Origin: an uncultured Clostridia bacterium
GTDB lineage: Bacteria > Bacillota > Clostridia > Christensenellales > CAG-917
Length of the DNA: 64,000 bases
Assembly: GCA_934277645.1 (NCBI GenBank)
Contig: CAKQUX010000006.1
Span: 11,576 to 75,575 of the forward strand
Direction of reading: 5' to 3'
The translations under genes and the position numbers were made by a program. Every line of letters begins with the position of its first letter. Position 1 is the first letter of the stretch. Below, one piece after another: positions 34,460 through 42,974 of the stretch. The notes beneath the pieces were generated by a model that worked only from the letters and a program-made list of their open reading frames with translations, was not told where the DNA came from and ran no database searches.

Positions 34460-36181
34460 GTGAAGAAAAAATTATTTACGTTTTTATGTTTGGCAATGTG
34501 CGTAATTTTATGCATAGCTCTTTGCGCTTGCGGCGAAACGTCGGACAGCGATAATGGCAAAACGCCTACGGGCGGTACGGAAACCGGCGGTTCGGGAACA
34601 GGTGAGAGCGGCGGTTCGACAGGCGGCTCTGGAACTGGAGAGAGCGGCGGTTCAACGGGCGGTTCGACGATTGAAAACGACGATCCGTTGCCTACTGCGG
34701 CGCAAGTCGTCGAAGCAAGACAAGCGGTTTGCGATTTGAACGAAGAGAATTACGATTTTTCGTTGAAAATCAACGGAACGCTGAACTATCAAGGTTTTAA
34801 CGGCACGGCGAACGCAAACTATGAAGGAAAGTACAGATACAACAAAACGACAAACGATTTGAGCTTTTATCGTGAGACAAGCGGAATTTTGCTCAGCGAT
34901 TCGCAAGAGTACATTTACACCGAAAACGGCTCAAAAATTAAAATCGTTGCAAACGAAAAGGGAAAAATCAAAAAGGTGTCCGTCGTCGGCACAAACGACA
35001 AAGGACTCAGCCTTGTCAACCTTCCGTTTGTTAAACTTGTTGACGCGCTCAAAGCGGAAAACCTTATCGATATCAAACTTAACGGCAGCGGAAACGGCTT
35101 TAAGTATCAGGCAACGTTGAAGTTGGAGTCGGATTTTTCTGCGCTTCAAGGCATTTACGACGCGCTTGCAAAGTTTGACACCGATATCGAGCTTAGCGGC
35201 GTTACGTTTACGAATCCGAACAACGGCATAGTCGTTTACTTCAATATGGACGGCGACGAGCTTAAAGAATTTACGTTCGGTGCGGAAATTAAAGTTCCTG
35301 TCGCAGGGCAGCTCGTTAGCTTTAAAATTACTTACGAACACAAACTCGGAAGCGGCAACGTTTTGCCACCGTCGATAAAGAGTTTCAAGCTCGGCGAGAA
35401 TTGCAGCGACGATATTGCCGTAATCAACAACGCTCTTGCCACTTTGAAAAACTATGACGCATATTCGCTTGACGTTGCGGCTATCAACGATTTTGACCCG
35501 GGCTGGAACGTGACCGCAACCGTAGACAAATTTTTGTCGAGAGTTTACAAGAATACCGTAGACGGTTTTGTGAACTTCAACGATACCTACGAATACGTCG
35601 CTCACACCGAAACGGAAGGCAAGGAAACTTATAAGTACACAATCGGAAATATCGAGGACGGAAGCGTTTATATCGTTTCGAGAAAGGGCAAAAACACCGT
35701 AACTCCGCTTTCGGACGTCAGCGTCGATACGCGTTTCGATTATCTTACAGCGCCGTTTATTATCGACGCAAACAAAGTCGATTGTCTTTCAAAAACGATT
35801 GCCGACGGTGTAACTACCTATCAAATCGGCATTAAAGACGAGTATACGGTCGCAATGCAAGACAAGATTCTCGAAATGGTAAATTCAAACAACGTCGAGG
35901 GCGTTATAAAAGCCGAAAACTATTTCAACAACGAGTTTTACAACATTAAAAGCTCGGAACTTATCGTGACTATGCGCAACGGAAAAATCGAATCGATTAC
36001 GGTAGAAACAAACGTCAAATATTGCCCGACGGACGGCGAGTGGGTTGATTCAAACGTTACGCTCAAAAACACGCTTCAACTTTTGGTCAACTCAAATCTC
36101 GACAAGGCAAAGAAATACACCGCTCCAAGCAGTACGGGCAACGTTGTCGGACTTAGCTCGGTAAGCAAAGCAATCAGATAG
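34460..36181 (+). CDS. lipoprotein of unknown function (module 1 cargo)
   Basis: 573 aa. GTG start 8 nt after AGGAG (the adjacent ATG at 34458 runs straight into TGA). Lipobox ...CIALCAC-GETSD. Gly/Ser/Thr linker with a 36-nt tandem duplication (GGSGTGESGGST x2). The remainder is beta-rich with no recognised domain. Confidence 0.85.
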   Translation: MKKKLFTFLCLAMCVILCIALCACGETSDSDNGKTPTGGTETGGSGTGESGGSTGGSGTGESGGSTGGSTIENDDPLPTAAQVVEARQAVCDLNEENYDFSLKINGTLNYQGFNGTANANYEGKYRYNKTTNDLSFYRETSGILLSDSQEYIYTENGSKIKIVANEKGKIKKVSVVGTNDKGLSLVNLPFVKLVDALKAENLIDIKLNGSGNGFKYQATLKLESDFSALQGIYDALAKFDTDIELSGVTFTNPNNGIVVYFNMDGDELKEFTFGAEIKVPVAGQLVSFKITYEHKLGSGNVLPPSIKSFKLGENCSDDIAVINNALATLKNYDAYSLDVAAINDFDPGWNVTATVDKFLSRVYKNTVDGFVNFNDTYEYVAHTETEGKETYKYTIGNIEDGSVYIVSRKGKNTVTPLSDVSVDTRFDYLTAPFIIDANKVDCLSKTIADGVTTYQIGIKDEYTVAMQDKILEMVNSNNVEGVIKAENYFNNEFYNIKSSELIVTMRNGKIESITVETNVKYCPTDGEWVDSNVTLKNTLQLLVNSNLDKAKKYTAPSSTGNVVGLSSVSKAIR

Positions 36182-36411
36182 TTAATAGTTTTTATAGATT
36201 TGACGACAATTTGAACTGTTAGCAATAAAAACTATTATGCTTTAAGCAGTTATGCAAACAGTCTATGCACTTTAAAATCGGTTTGTTATGGCAAACAATA
36301 TATGCTTAAAGATTGCTTTGTCAGTAAATCGTGTACTGTCAGATGAAATGTTTTGTTAGAAAACTATTAGTCAAATATGTTATGGGCGTTAAAGACGTTT
36401 AAGCATTAAAC

Positions 36412-36443
36412 AAAAAATCCGCAACTTGATTGCGGATTTTTTA
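36412..36443 (+). terminator. intrinsic terminator of lipoprotein gene 34460
   Basis: ATCCGCAA 36417-36424 / TTGCGGAT 36430-36437, A-run before and T-run after. Confidence 0.85.
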
Positions 36444-36546
36444 TGTCATGAAGTTTTTATGACGATTAGCGAATTTATAGATTTTAATCTGTTTGTCATT
36501 AGGATTTTAATTTAACAATACAAATACAATTTGAAACGACATAACT

Positions 36547-36596
36547 AAAAACGTGTTAAAGAGACCTTATGAGTTCCATAAGGCCTTTTTTACGTT
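36547..36596 (+). repeat. copy 2 of the ~50-nt terminator-containing repeat
   Basis: AAAAACGTGTTAAAGAGACCTTATGAGTTCCATAAGGCCTTTTTTACGTT. It is itself flanked by the direct repeat AATTTAACAATACA..AATACAATTTGAAACGACA (about 36509-36545 and 36630-36675). Confidence 0.9.
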
Positions 36597-36676
36597 TGAT
36601 GAACGTTTAAATTTAACAATGCAAATTTAAATTTAACAATACAGATATAAACAAATACAATTTGAAACGACACTTA

Positions 36677-36709
36677 TTGACATAAGAAACAAATGTGTAT
36701 TATAATACA
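36677..36709 (+). promoter_or_regulatory. TetR gene promoter with a palindrome over the -10
   Basis: TTGACA 36677-36682, TATAAT 36701-36706 (18-nt spacer). Perfect 14-nt palindrome TGTATTA-TAATACA at 36696-36709. Confidence 0.65.
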
Positions 36710-36757
36710 TACAAGAAGTGTTTTGTGGCATACGCAGCGTATGTCGTTGGAGAGAGT

Positions 36758-37318
36758 ATGGCAGAAGATAAAAGATGTAAAAAAACAAAAAAGGCAATCA
36801 AAAATGCCTTTATCGCAAAGCTCGCCGAAAAGAGTTATGATTCTATCACCGTTTCGGAAATCGCCGAACTTGCGGATATAAACCGCAAAACCTTTTACAC
36901 GCATTACGAAGGCGTGTTTGACGTGCTTGAAGAGATTGAGGACGACGTGGTGACAAGAGCAACCGAAATTTTTAAAGATATTAACGTTAAAGAGCTTATC
37001 GACAATCCTTATCCGCTTTTTGAAAGGCTGACAAACGCCCTGAGCGAAGAAGGAGCGTTTTTTGACAATCTTATGCTTGCAGGCTCGATGAACGACCTTG
37101 AAAGAAAAATCAAGGAAAGGGTAATCGACAATCTTGCCGCAACGTTTCCTAAGGAACATTTCAATCCGACCAAAGTCCGCGACGTGCTTGAATTTATCGC
37201 AGGCGGAATGCTTGCCGCCTATATGCGTTGGCTCGGCGACAAACAATCCGAAACCTTAGAAGAGCTTTGCATAACAATCGGCAAACTCGTCATCTACGGC
37301 GCAAAAGAGCTTGTTTGA
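36758..37318 (+). CDS. TetR/AcrR family transcriptional regulator
   Basis: Start moved to ATG 36758 (GGAGAGAG RBS). KKTKKAIKNAFIAKLAEKSYDSITVSEIAELADINRKTFYTHYEGVFDV is a TetR N-terminal HTH. Confidence 0.88.
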   Translation: MAEDKRCKKTKKAIKNAFIAKLAEKSYDSITVSEIAELADINRKTFYTHYEGVFDVLEEIEDDVVTRATEIFKDINVKELIDNPYPLFERLTNALSEEGAFFDNLMLAGSMNDLERKIKERVIDNLAATFPKEHFNPTKVRDVLEFIAGGMLAAYMRWLGDKQSETLEELCITIGKLVIYGAKELV

Positions 37319-37603
37319 ATTTAAGTAAAAATTTAAACAGGCCTTAATTGCATATTGCTTTAATTGCATATTGATTTAATCGCATATTATATAATATTGC
37401 GTTGATGTTGTGTTATAAAATCTATTACGTTTAGTTAAGAGTGCTGTGAGAGCGTCTAAACAGCAAAAATATGAGTGCGCAATTGCACCAATTAGTATTT
37501 GTATAGTCTTACGAGTTTTTTTGAGATTGTTTAATATGATTTAAAAGAATTAGATTGAAGTTTTAATATTTTAATAGAAGTTTTAGAGTTAAAAAGGAAA
37601 AAA

Positions 37604-37852
37604 TCACAAGTTGTTTGGCGGACATTGACTGCGTATATTTGTTTTATTGAAATTGCAGTCACGGTCAACAAGTTCGTCAAGCGTAATTTCGTAAAAATCG
37701 GCAAGTTTTATACATTCGGCAATATCGGGAAGGTGTATGCCTTTTTCCCAGCGTGAAAGGTTCTGTTGTTTAATTCCCGTCTTTTCAGCCAATTCTTGTT
37801 GCGTCAAACCCTGCATTTTTCTAAGAATTTTTAAGTTTTCACCGATTCGCAT
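37604..37852 (-). CDS. XRE-family helix-turn-helix transcriptional regulator (module 2)
   Basis: 82 aa: MRIGENLKILRKMQGLTQQELAEKTGIKQQNLSRWEKGIHLPDIAECIKLADFYEITLDELV. TAATAT lies 6 nt upstream of the ATG, with no RBS. Confidence 0.9.
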   Translation of the reverse strand: MRIGENLKILRKMQGLTQQELAEKTGIKQQNLSRWEKGIHLPDIAECIKLADFYEITLDELVDRDCNFNKTNIRSQCPPNNL

Positions 37853-37862
37853 AACGCTATAT

Positions 37863-37912
37863 TACACGAATAAGTGTATTTTTGTTGACTTTACACGAAA
37901 TCGTGTTAAAAT
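37863..37912. promoter_or_regulatory. divergent promoter/operator region of module 2
   Basis: Plus strand: TTGACT 37885-37890, 16-nt spacer, TAAAAT 37907-37912 (TG at 37904-37905), with palindrome ACACGA-AA-TCGTGT at 37893-37906 in the spacer. Minus strand: TAATAT 37864-37859, with palindrome TACAC-N6-GTGTA at 37863-37878 in its spacer. Both sites begin TTACACGAA. Confidence 0.7.
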
Positions 37913-37953
37913 AAAATTAAAAAAAGGAAAAATATGGAAAAAGGAGAGAAATT

Positions 37954-39564
37954 ATGCAAAAGAGCAAGTTTTTAATGATTTGTTTGATTCTGCTTATCGC
38001 AATATTATCCATAGGCATTTTAGCGGCTTGCGATAAGGATACGGAAGATCCGAATAAAAAATACACAATTCAATTTACCGTAAACGGCGAAATAAACCAA
38101 ATTGAGGTAAAGGATGGGGATTTATATTCGACAAATATTATTCCACAAAAATATGGATACATTTTTGCAGGATATTTTGATGCTCAAAGCGGTGGAACTA
38201 AGTATATCGATAATCAAGGTTCGGCTTTATCGGCATTCAACGACAAGAAGAATTTAGTATTATTTCCGCAATTTGTTGCAAAGGAATATACATTGATTTT
38301 GGATTATCAAGGTGCGGAAGTTACAGGGGGAAGAAGCATTAACGTTTGCTATGACGGAGACGTGAAGAATTTACCACTAAACTTATATGTCGAAAACAAA
38401 GATTTTATGGGTTGGTACACCGAACCTAATCGTGAGGGAATTCAAGTAGCTGATGCGTATGGTGTTCTGCCGCAGGCGGAAAAATTCAATAATGAATTTT
38501 ACGATATTCCGACTAACGGAAATAAGATTACTCTTTATGCAGGTTTCAGGGGCACGTTAAAAACTTTGACATTATATTTTAATGATTATAATGCACCTGA
38601 AGAGATAATCGTTGAATACGGAACAAACATCAATGACATCAAATCGACAACAAGAATAGATGGAAAAGGAGTTTTGAACTGGACAAAAACGAATGGAAGC
38701 ACTGAAGTGTTTGTCGGGAAAGTAACGACGGATATGGTTTTATATGCGTTGGAATATGCTCCTGTGCTGGACTTCAATGTTGATGGAGGAAAGGAAGTTA
38801 GCTCGATTATTGCTAAATCGGGGGCAAGTATAACGCTTCCTGTTTCTACAAAAAAGAATTATTCATTTGGCGGTTGGAAAACCGAAAGCGGCAGTCCCGC
38901 AAATTTTTCGACCATGCCGAATGAAAGTATGACTCTTGTCGCCATATGGAATCCAATTATATTTCTTAACGAACGCGGCGGCACAGACGTAGCGGATATA
39001 TGCCAAAGTGCAGGTACAAAAATAACTCTTCCGAAGACAAACAAAAACGGCTATGTTTTTGCAGGTTGGTATTTTGAAAACGGCGACGAATTTATCGAAT
39101 CATCTATGCCGAGCGAAAGCATAACTCTTATTGCAAAATATTATAAAATAGCGACTATGAAAAAAGTTTTATGTGAATCTAATACCCACGTGTCTTGTGC
39201 AATTAAAATTGAGGAAGACAAAAGATATATTATAGATTTGAAAGAAATATACAATGGAAAACCGATTAACGTTAAATTTAGCGGTCATTTGGTTGCTTAT
39301 CATGGGGCCGACAATAAAGAGTGCTATTTTCAGTTTTATAACGACGCAACTGTGAGCTCATCAAATTTAATAAAAAAATTCATTTTTAATGTTGGCCAAG
39401 TCAAGAAAGAATTTGACTATGAATTTGATTTCGAGCTAAACACAACGGAGATTTATTTATATTATGGTACAAATTTTTATGAGTACGGACTTAACCAAAA
39501 ATTATGTAGTATTTCTGATGTTTATATAAATATTGAGTATGTCGATACTACGGAAATATATTAA
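37954..39564 (+). CDS. lipoprotein with Listeria-Bacteroides (InlB B-type) repeat domains
   Basis: 536 aa, AAGGAGAG RBS, lipobox ...GILAAC-DKD. At least four repeats with the G(Y/F).F.GW(Y/K) signature (YGYIFAGYFD, KDFMGWYTEP, NYSFGGWKTE, NGYVFAGWYFE). C-terminal ~140 aa unassigned. Confidence 0.85.
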   Translation: MQKSKFLMICLILLIAILSIGILAACDKDTEDPNKKYTIQFTVNGEINQIEVKDGDLYSTNIIPQKYGYIFAGYFDAQSGGTKYIDNQGSALSAFNDKKNLVLFPQFVAKEYTLILDYQGAEVTGGRSINVCYDGDVKNLPLNLYVENKDFMGWYTEPNREGIQVADAYGVLPQAEKFNNEFYDIPTNGNKITLYAGFRGTLKTLTLYFNDYNAPEEIIVEYGTNINDIKSTTRIDGKGVLNWTKTNGSTEVFVGKVTTDMVLYALEYAPVLDFNVDGGKEVSSIIAKSGASITLPVSTKKNYSFGGWKTESGSPANFSTMPNESMTLVAIWNPIIFLNERGGTDVADICQSAGTKITLPKTNKNGYVFAGWYFENGDEFIESSMPSESITLIAKYYKIATMKKVLCESNTHVSCAIKIEEDKRYIIDLKEIYNGKPINVKFSGHLVAYHGADNKECYFQFYNDATVSSSNLIKKFIFNVGQVKKEFDYEFDFELNTTEIYLYYGTNFYEYGLNQKLCSISDVYINIEYVDTTEIY

Positions 39565-39582
39565 AATTTAGGAGGGAAACAT

Positions 39583-42500
39583 ATGAAAAAAAGAATTTTC
39601 TTAATGTTATTAATCATTAGTTTGCTGCTGGTTATTGCTGTTTTAACATTTACAGCTTGCAACAAGGAAGATTTGGGCGGACTTGTAAAGCCGAAAAATT
39701 TGCAATATGACGGTGCGGTTATCACTTGGGATAAGGTGGCGGTTGCAAGTTACTATAGTGTATCAATAAATGGCGGCGACAAACAGAGAGTAAACACAAA
39801 TTCCTTTACTTATAATGCAGAAGATAAGGAATTTACAGTTAAGGTAATAGCCGTAAATTCGGTTGGCGAACTAGGAATAGAGAAAACGTTTCATCCGCTT
39901 GAGAAAGTAAAGAACATTACTATAGCAAATGACGGTACGCTAAATTGGGATGCCGTTGTCGGAGCAAGCGAATATGAAATTAGAATAAACGGAAAAGTAT
40001 TATCCGATAAGTCGACAAGCAATGCTTATGACGCATTAGAAGCAGGTTCAAACAGAGTAGCTATAAAAGCAAAGGTGAAAGGTGACGATAGTTATTTCTC
40101 TTCTTGGAGCGACGATATAAATTTGTACATTTATAGTGCACCTCAAAGAGTCAAATATGATGGCGAAAAAATCACTTGGACGGGAAATGCACAGAAATAT
40201 GAAGTAAATGTAAATGGTCAAAAAACAGAAGTAAACGAAGCGTCTTTTGTTTATAACTCAAACAATCTAGATTTTGATGTCGAAATTAAAGCATTAGGCA
40301 ATTATGCTAATACCTATGATTCAAAAATAACTTCTATGGATTTTCACTATCTTGATAGTGTTAGGAACGTAAACATTGTTGACGGAGTTTTAACTTGGGA
40401 TAAAGTGAATGGTGCAACAGAATACAAGTTAAAAATTGACGGTGTGATACAAAACATAAAAATTGAGGATAACAGGTATGGAAAACTTCTTACGGGCAAA
40501 TCGCTTGACGTTCAACTTTTGCCGTATGCAGGAGAAAATTATTTCTCTAATTGGACAGAAACGAAAACAATTTATATTCTTGAAACGCCTGTTTTAAATT
40601 GGAATGCAGATCTAGAACTGGACGGATTAGCAAATAATAATTTGACTTGGAACTTGGTCAATGGGGCTGCGGGTTATACTGTTGAAACCAATTTTGATGG
40701 AAATATAAATAACGAATCTTTTAGTGCGGCTCAAGCCTCTTATGCTAATGCGTACACAAAAGTAGGCTTATATTGCATTAGAGTAAAGGCAGTTGCCGAA
40801 GGCGACGGGACATATAGTGATTCTAAATATTCAGAGGTTATCAAAATCGAAAGACTCGCCGCGCCTAAAGCCGTTGCAACTGGATTTATTGTTAGCGATT
40901 CATCAAATCTAAAAAGAGGGTTCACAGTAAATTACCAAGCCGTATCTAATGCGAGTGGCTATCAATTGTATAAAGATGGAGTTTTGCTTAACGGTAAAAG
41001 CGGTATCTCATTGTCGCTTACGGATAATGCGGTTGCCGATGATTCCGTTTCTGCCGAACAACAATATACTTATATGGTAAAGAGTATCGGAAGCGTTAAA
41101 AGTATTGGGTCGACTAAATACGTTACACTCTCTTGTTTGACAGAAAACGCATTATCTTTTAATATCATTGTTCAAGCAATGCCGACCAATTTAAATATGT
41201 CTGGATATAATGCGAGTTGGAATTCTGTTGCAGGAAATAACGGTTATTCTGTTAAGTACGCTTCTGCATTGATAGGAACTACTGCGGAAGTATGCGATTT
41301 GTCGACCATAAAAGCAGGTACATATGGTGTAAGTGTTTGTACAAAGGGTAATGGTGGAACAACGCTTCCGTCAAATTTTACGGCTGAAATGGCGGTTACG
41401 AGACTTGAGGCACCAAGTGGAATTAAAATTACTTATGGCTCGGGCGAGGGGGTGCTTACTTATGATGCAATTGCTAACGCTAAAAGCTATCAAGCTTTTC
41501 TCGATGCTAGTGAAACGGCGCTACCAGAGAATGCGTTTGATAATATGTATCAATACATAAAAGAATCAGGAACAACTCTGAATATGATTGCCGTAGCAAA
41601 TTACTATAATGATGCGAAAACCATATATTACATGTCTAGCGAAGCATCTCTTACGCAACAATTTATTAGGCTCGCGGCTCCTATCTTTCCTGATGGTGCT
41701 TTGGCAAACAGTAAAGAACTTTTATGGAATGCATCAAGCAATATTAATACCCAAGAATACACACCTACTTATGAGGTGTATGAGAGCGGAGTTATGCAAA
41801 CCGGCGGAGTCCAGAATGCTACGAAATATAATATTGAGCATTTTGACGGTGGAAATTCATACACGTTTAAGGTTAAAGCTGTAGGAAATGATAGCAAATA
41901 TCTTGATAGCGCAATGTCGAAAGATATAACGGTTTATAAACTTTCTACGCCTAATCTATACATACAGGATGGAGCGTATAAGTGGAATACTGTAGCAAAT
42001 GCAAGTTCTTATATATTAGAAATCGATGGTGAAAGAGTTAATAACGATATTCATGTTTCGGGTTCGACGTTTAGCTATAATCCGCTTTATACAAAAATAG
42101 GAACACATACTGTTAAGTTGTATGCGGTTGGTGATGGATATAGAAATATCAATAGTAATAACTTCGTATATAATCAAAATGTGAAATCACTTTATGCACC
42201 TGAAATTTCGTATAAATATAGTGATGACCAATTTGTCAACAGCGGAGCAATACTTGTTACGATTACCAAGGCATCAGATAACGCAAAGAATTATCAATAT
42301 GAAATTGCAGGAGAAAGTATTGTTAGTTCTGAATTGAGTTGTTCAAAAACCATTGAAAGCGTTGGAATTTACTATATAAGAGTTAAGGCATTGGGAGGAA
42401 TTTTTGACAGTCATGAAAACTACTACATTGATTCGCAATATGTCGGTGGCAATGAAGGATATAAAATGGTCTTGCTTGCTCCGCCTACATTAAGCACTTT

Positions 42501-42750
42501 TTCGGTTAATTCTGATGGGGTAATAAAGTGGGGCACCGTGAGTGGAGCAAATGGTTATGATTATTTTTTAGCTAAAGGAGATAGCGATTATTCAGAAACA
42601 TTTATGCATGTATCTGCGGCTGCTTTGAATCCAATTAATGATTTTGGCAACTATAGAACCATTAAAATAAAAGTTCGCGCACATGGTGGTAAGCAAAATG
42701 TTGTTTCATCAGCTTGGGTAGAATACATTTGGGTAAATCCTAAAATGTGA
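39583..42750 (+). CDS. lipoprotein built of about 12 FN3-like modules
   Basis: 1055 aa, AGGAGGG RBS, 18 nt after the upstream stop. Lipobox ...LTFTAC-NKE. ~85-aa modules each carry (L/I)xW(D/N)xVxGAxxY (ITWDKVAVASYY, LNWDAVVGASEY, LTWDKVNGATEY, LTWNLVNGAAGY, ASWNSVAGNNGY, YKWNTVANASSY, IKWGTVSGANGY...). Confidence 0.85.
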   Translation: MKKRIFLMLLIISLLLVIAVLTFTACNKEDLGGLVKPKNLQYDGAVITWDKVAVASYYSVSINGGDKQRVNTNSFTYNAEDKEFTVKVIAVNSVGELGIEKTFHPLEKVKNITIANDGTLNWDAVVGASEYEIRINGKVLSDKSTSNAYDALEAGSNRVAIKAKVKGDDSYFSSWSDDINLYIYSAPQRVKYDGEKITWTGNAQKYEVNVNGQKTEVNEASFVYNSNNLDFDVEIKALGNYANTYDSKITSMDFHYLDSVRNVNIVDGVLTWDKVNGATEYKLKIDGVIQNIKIEDNRYGKLLTGKSLDVQLLPYAGENYFSNWTETKTIYILETPVLNWNADLELDGLANNNLTWNLVNGAAGYTVETNFDGNINNESFSAAQASYANAYTKVGLYCIRVKAVAEGDGTYSDSKYSEVIKIERLAAPKAVATGFIVSDSSNLKRGFTVNYQAVSNASGYQLYKDGVLLNGKSGISLSLTDNAVADDSVSAEQQYTYMVKSIGSVKSIGSTKYVTLSCLTENALSFNIIVQAMPTNLNMSGYNASWNSVAGNNGYSVKYASALIGTTAEVCDLSTIKAGTYGVSVCTKGNGGTTLPSNFTAEMAVTRLEAPSGIKITYGSGEGVLTYDAIANAKSYQAFLDASETALPENAFDNMYQYIKESGTTLNMIAVANYYNDAKTIYYMSSEASLTQQFIRLAAPIFPDGALANSKELLWNASSNINTQEYTPTYEVYESGVMQTGGVQNATKYNIEHFDGGNSYTFKVKAVGNDSKYLDSAMSKDITVYKLSTPNLYIQDGAYKWNTVANASSYILEIDGERVNNDIHVSGSTFSYNPLYTKIGTHTVKLYAVGDGYRNINSNNFVYNQNVKSLYAPEISYKYSDDQFVNSGAILVTITKASDNAKNYQYEIAGESIVSSELSCSKTIESVGIYYIRVKALGGIFDSHENYYIDSQYVGGNEGYKMVLLAPPTLSTFSVNSDGVIKWGTVSGANGYDYFLAKGDSDYSETFMHVSAAALNPINDFGNYRTIKIKVRAHGGKQNVVSSAWVEYIWVNPKM

Positions 42751-42766
42751 GTATTATTAATTTATC

Positions 42767-42799
42767 AAAAAAGGTCACGGATTCTGCGTGGCCTTTTTT
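42767..42799 (+). terminator. intrinsic terminator of the module 2 operon
   Basis: GGTCACG 42773-42779 / CGTGGCC 42787-42793, A-run before and T6 after. Confidence 0.85.
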
Positions 42800-42906
42800 G
42801 ATTGAATGATAACGCAATAAACAACAATGTGAATGTTTAAGTTTATATTTATTATAAATAACTCTTTGTTTCGCAAATAATTATTTTTACAAGTTTGGCG
42901 TTTTGT

Positions 42907-42935
42907 TTGACATCGAAATTAAATAGCAATATAAT
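42907..42935 (+). promoter_or_regulatory. consensus sigma-A promoter of thrS
   Basis: TTGACA 42907-42912, 17-nt spacer, TATAAT 42930-42935. The leader is only about 35 nt. Confidence 0.75.
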
Positions 42936-42974
42936 TTCTATACTATGGCGTTTGTATAGCCAACTGGAGGGTTT

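Noticed and set aside
34931-35605. 224-aa minus-strand ORF
   Set aside because: It is antisense to the lipoprotein gene 34460-36181, which has an RBS, a lipobox and an operator-controlled promoter.
36674-37246. 190-aa minus-strand ORF
   Set aside because: It is antisense to the TetR gene, whose HTH motif is clear on the plus strand.
37934-37975. 13-codon upstream ORF (MEKGEKLCKRASF) overlapping the start of gene 37954
   Set aside because: It has no RBS of its own, and the GGAGAG inside it is the RBS of the real gene.
42800-42974. T-box leader expected upstream of thrS
   Set aside because: Only a consensus promoter and a leader of about 35 nt are present. There is no T-box sequence, specifier stem or terminator.
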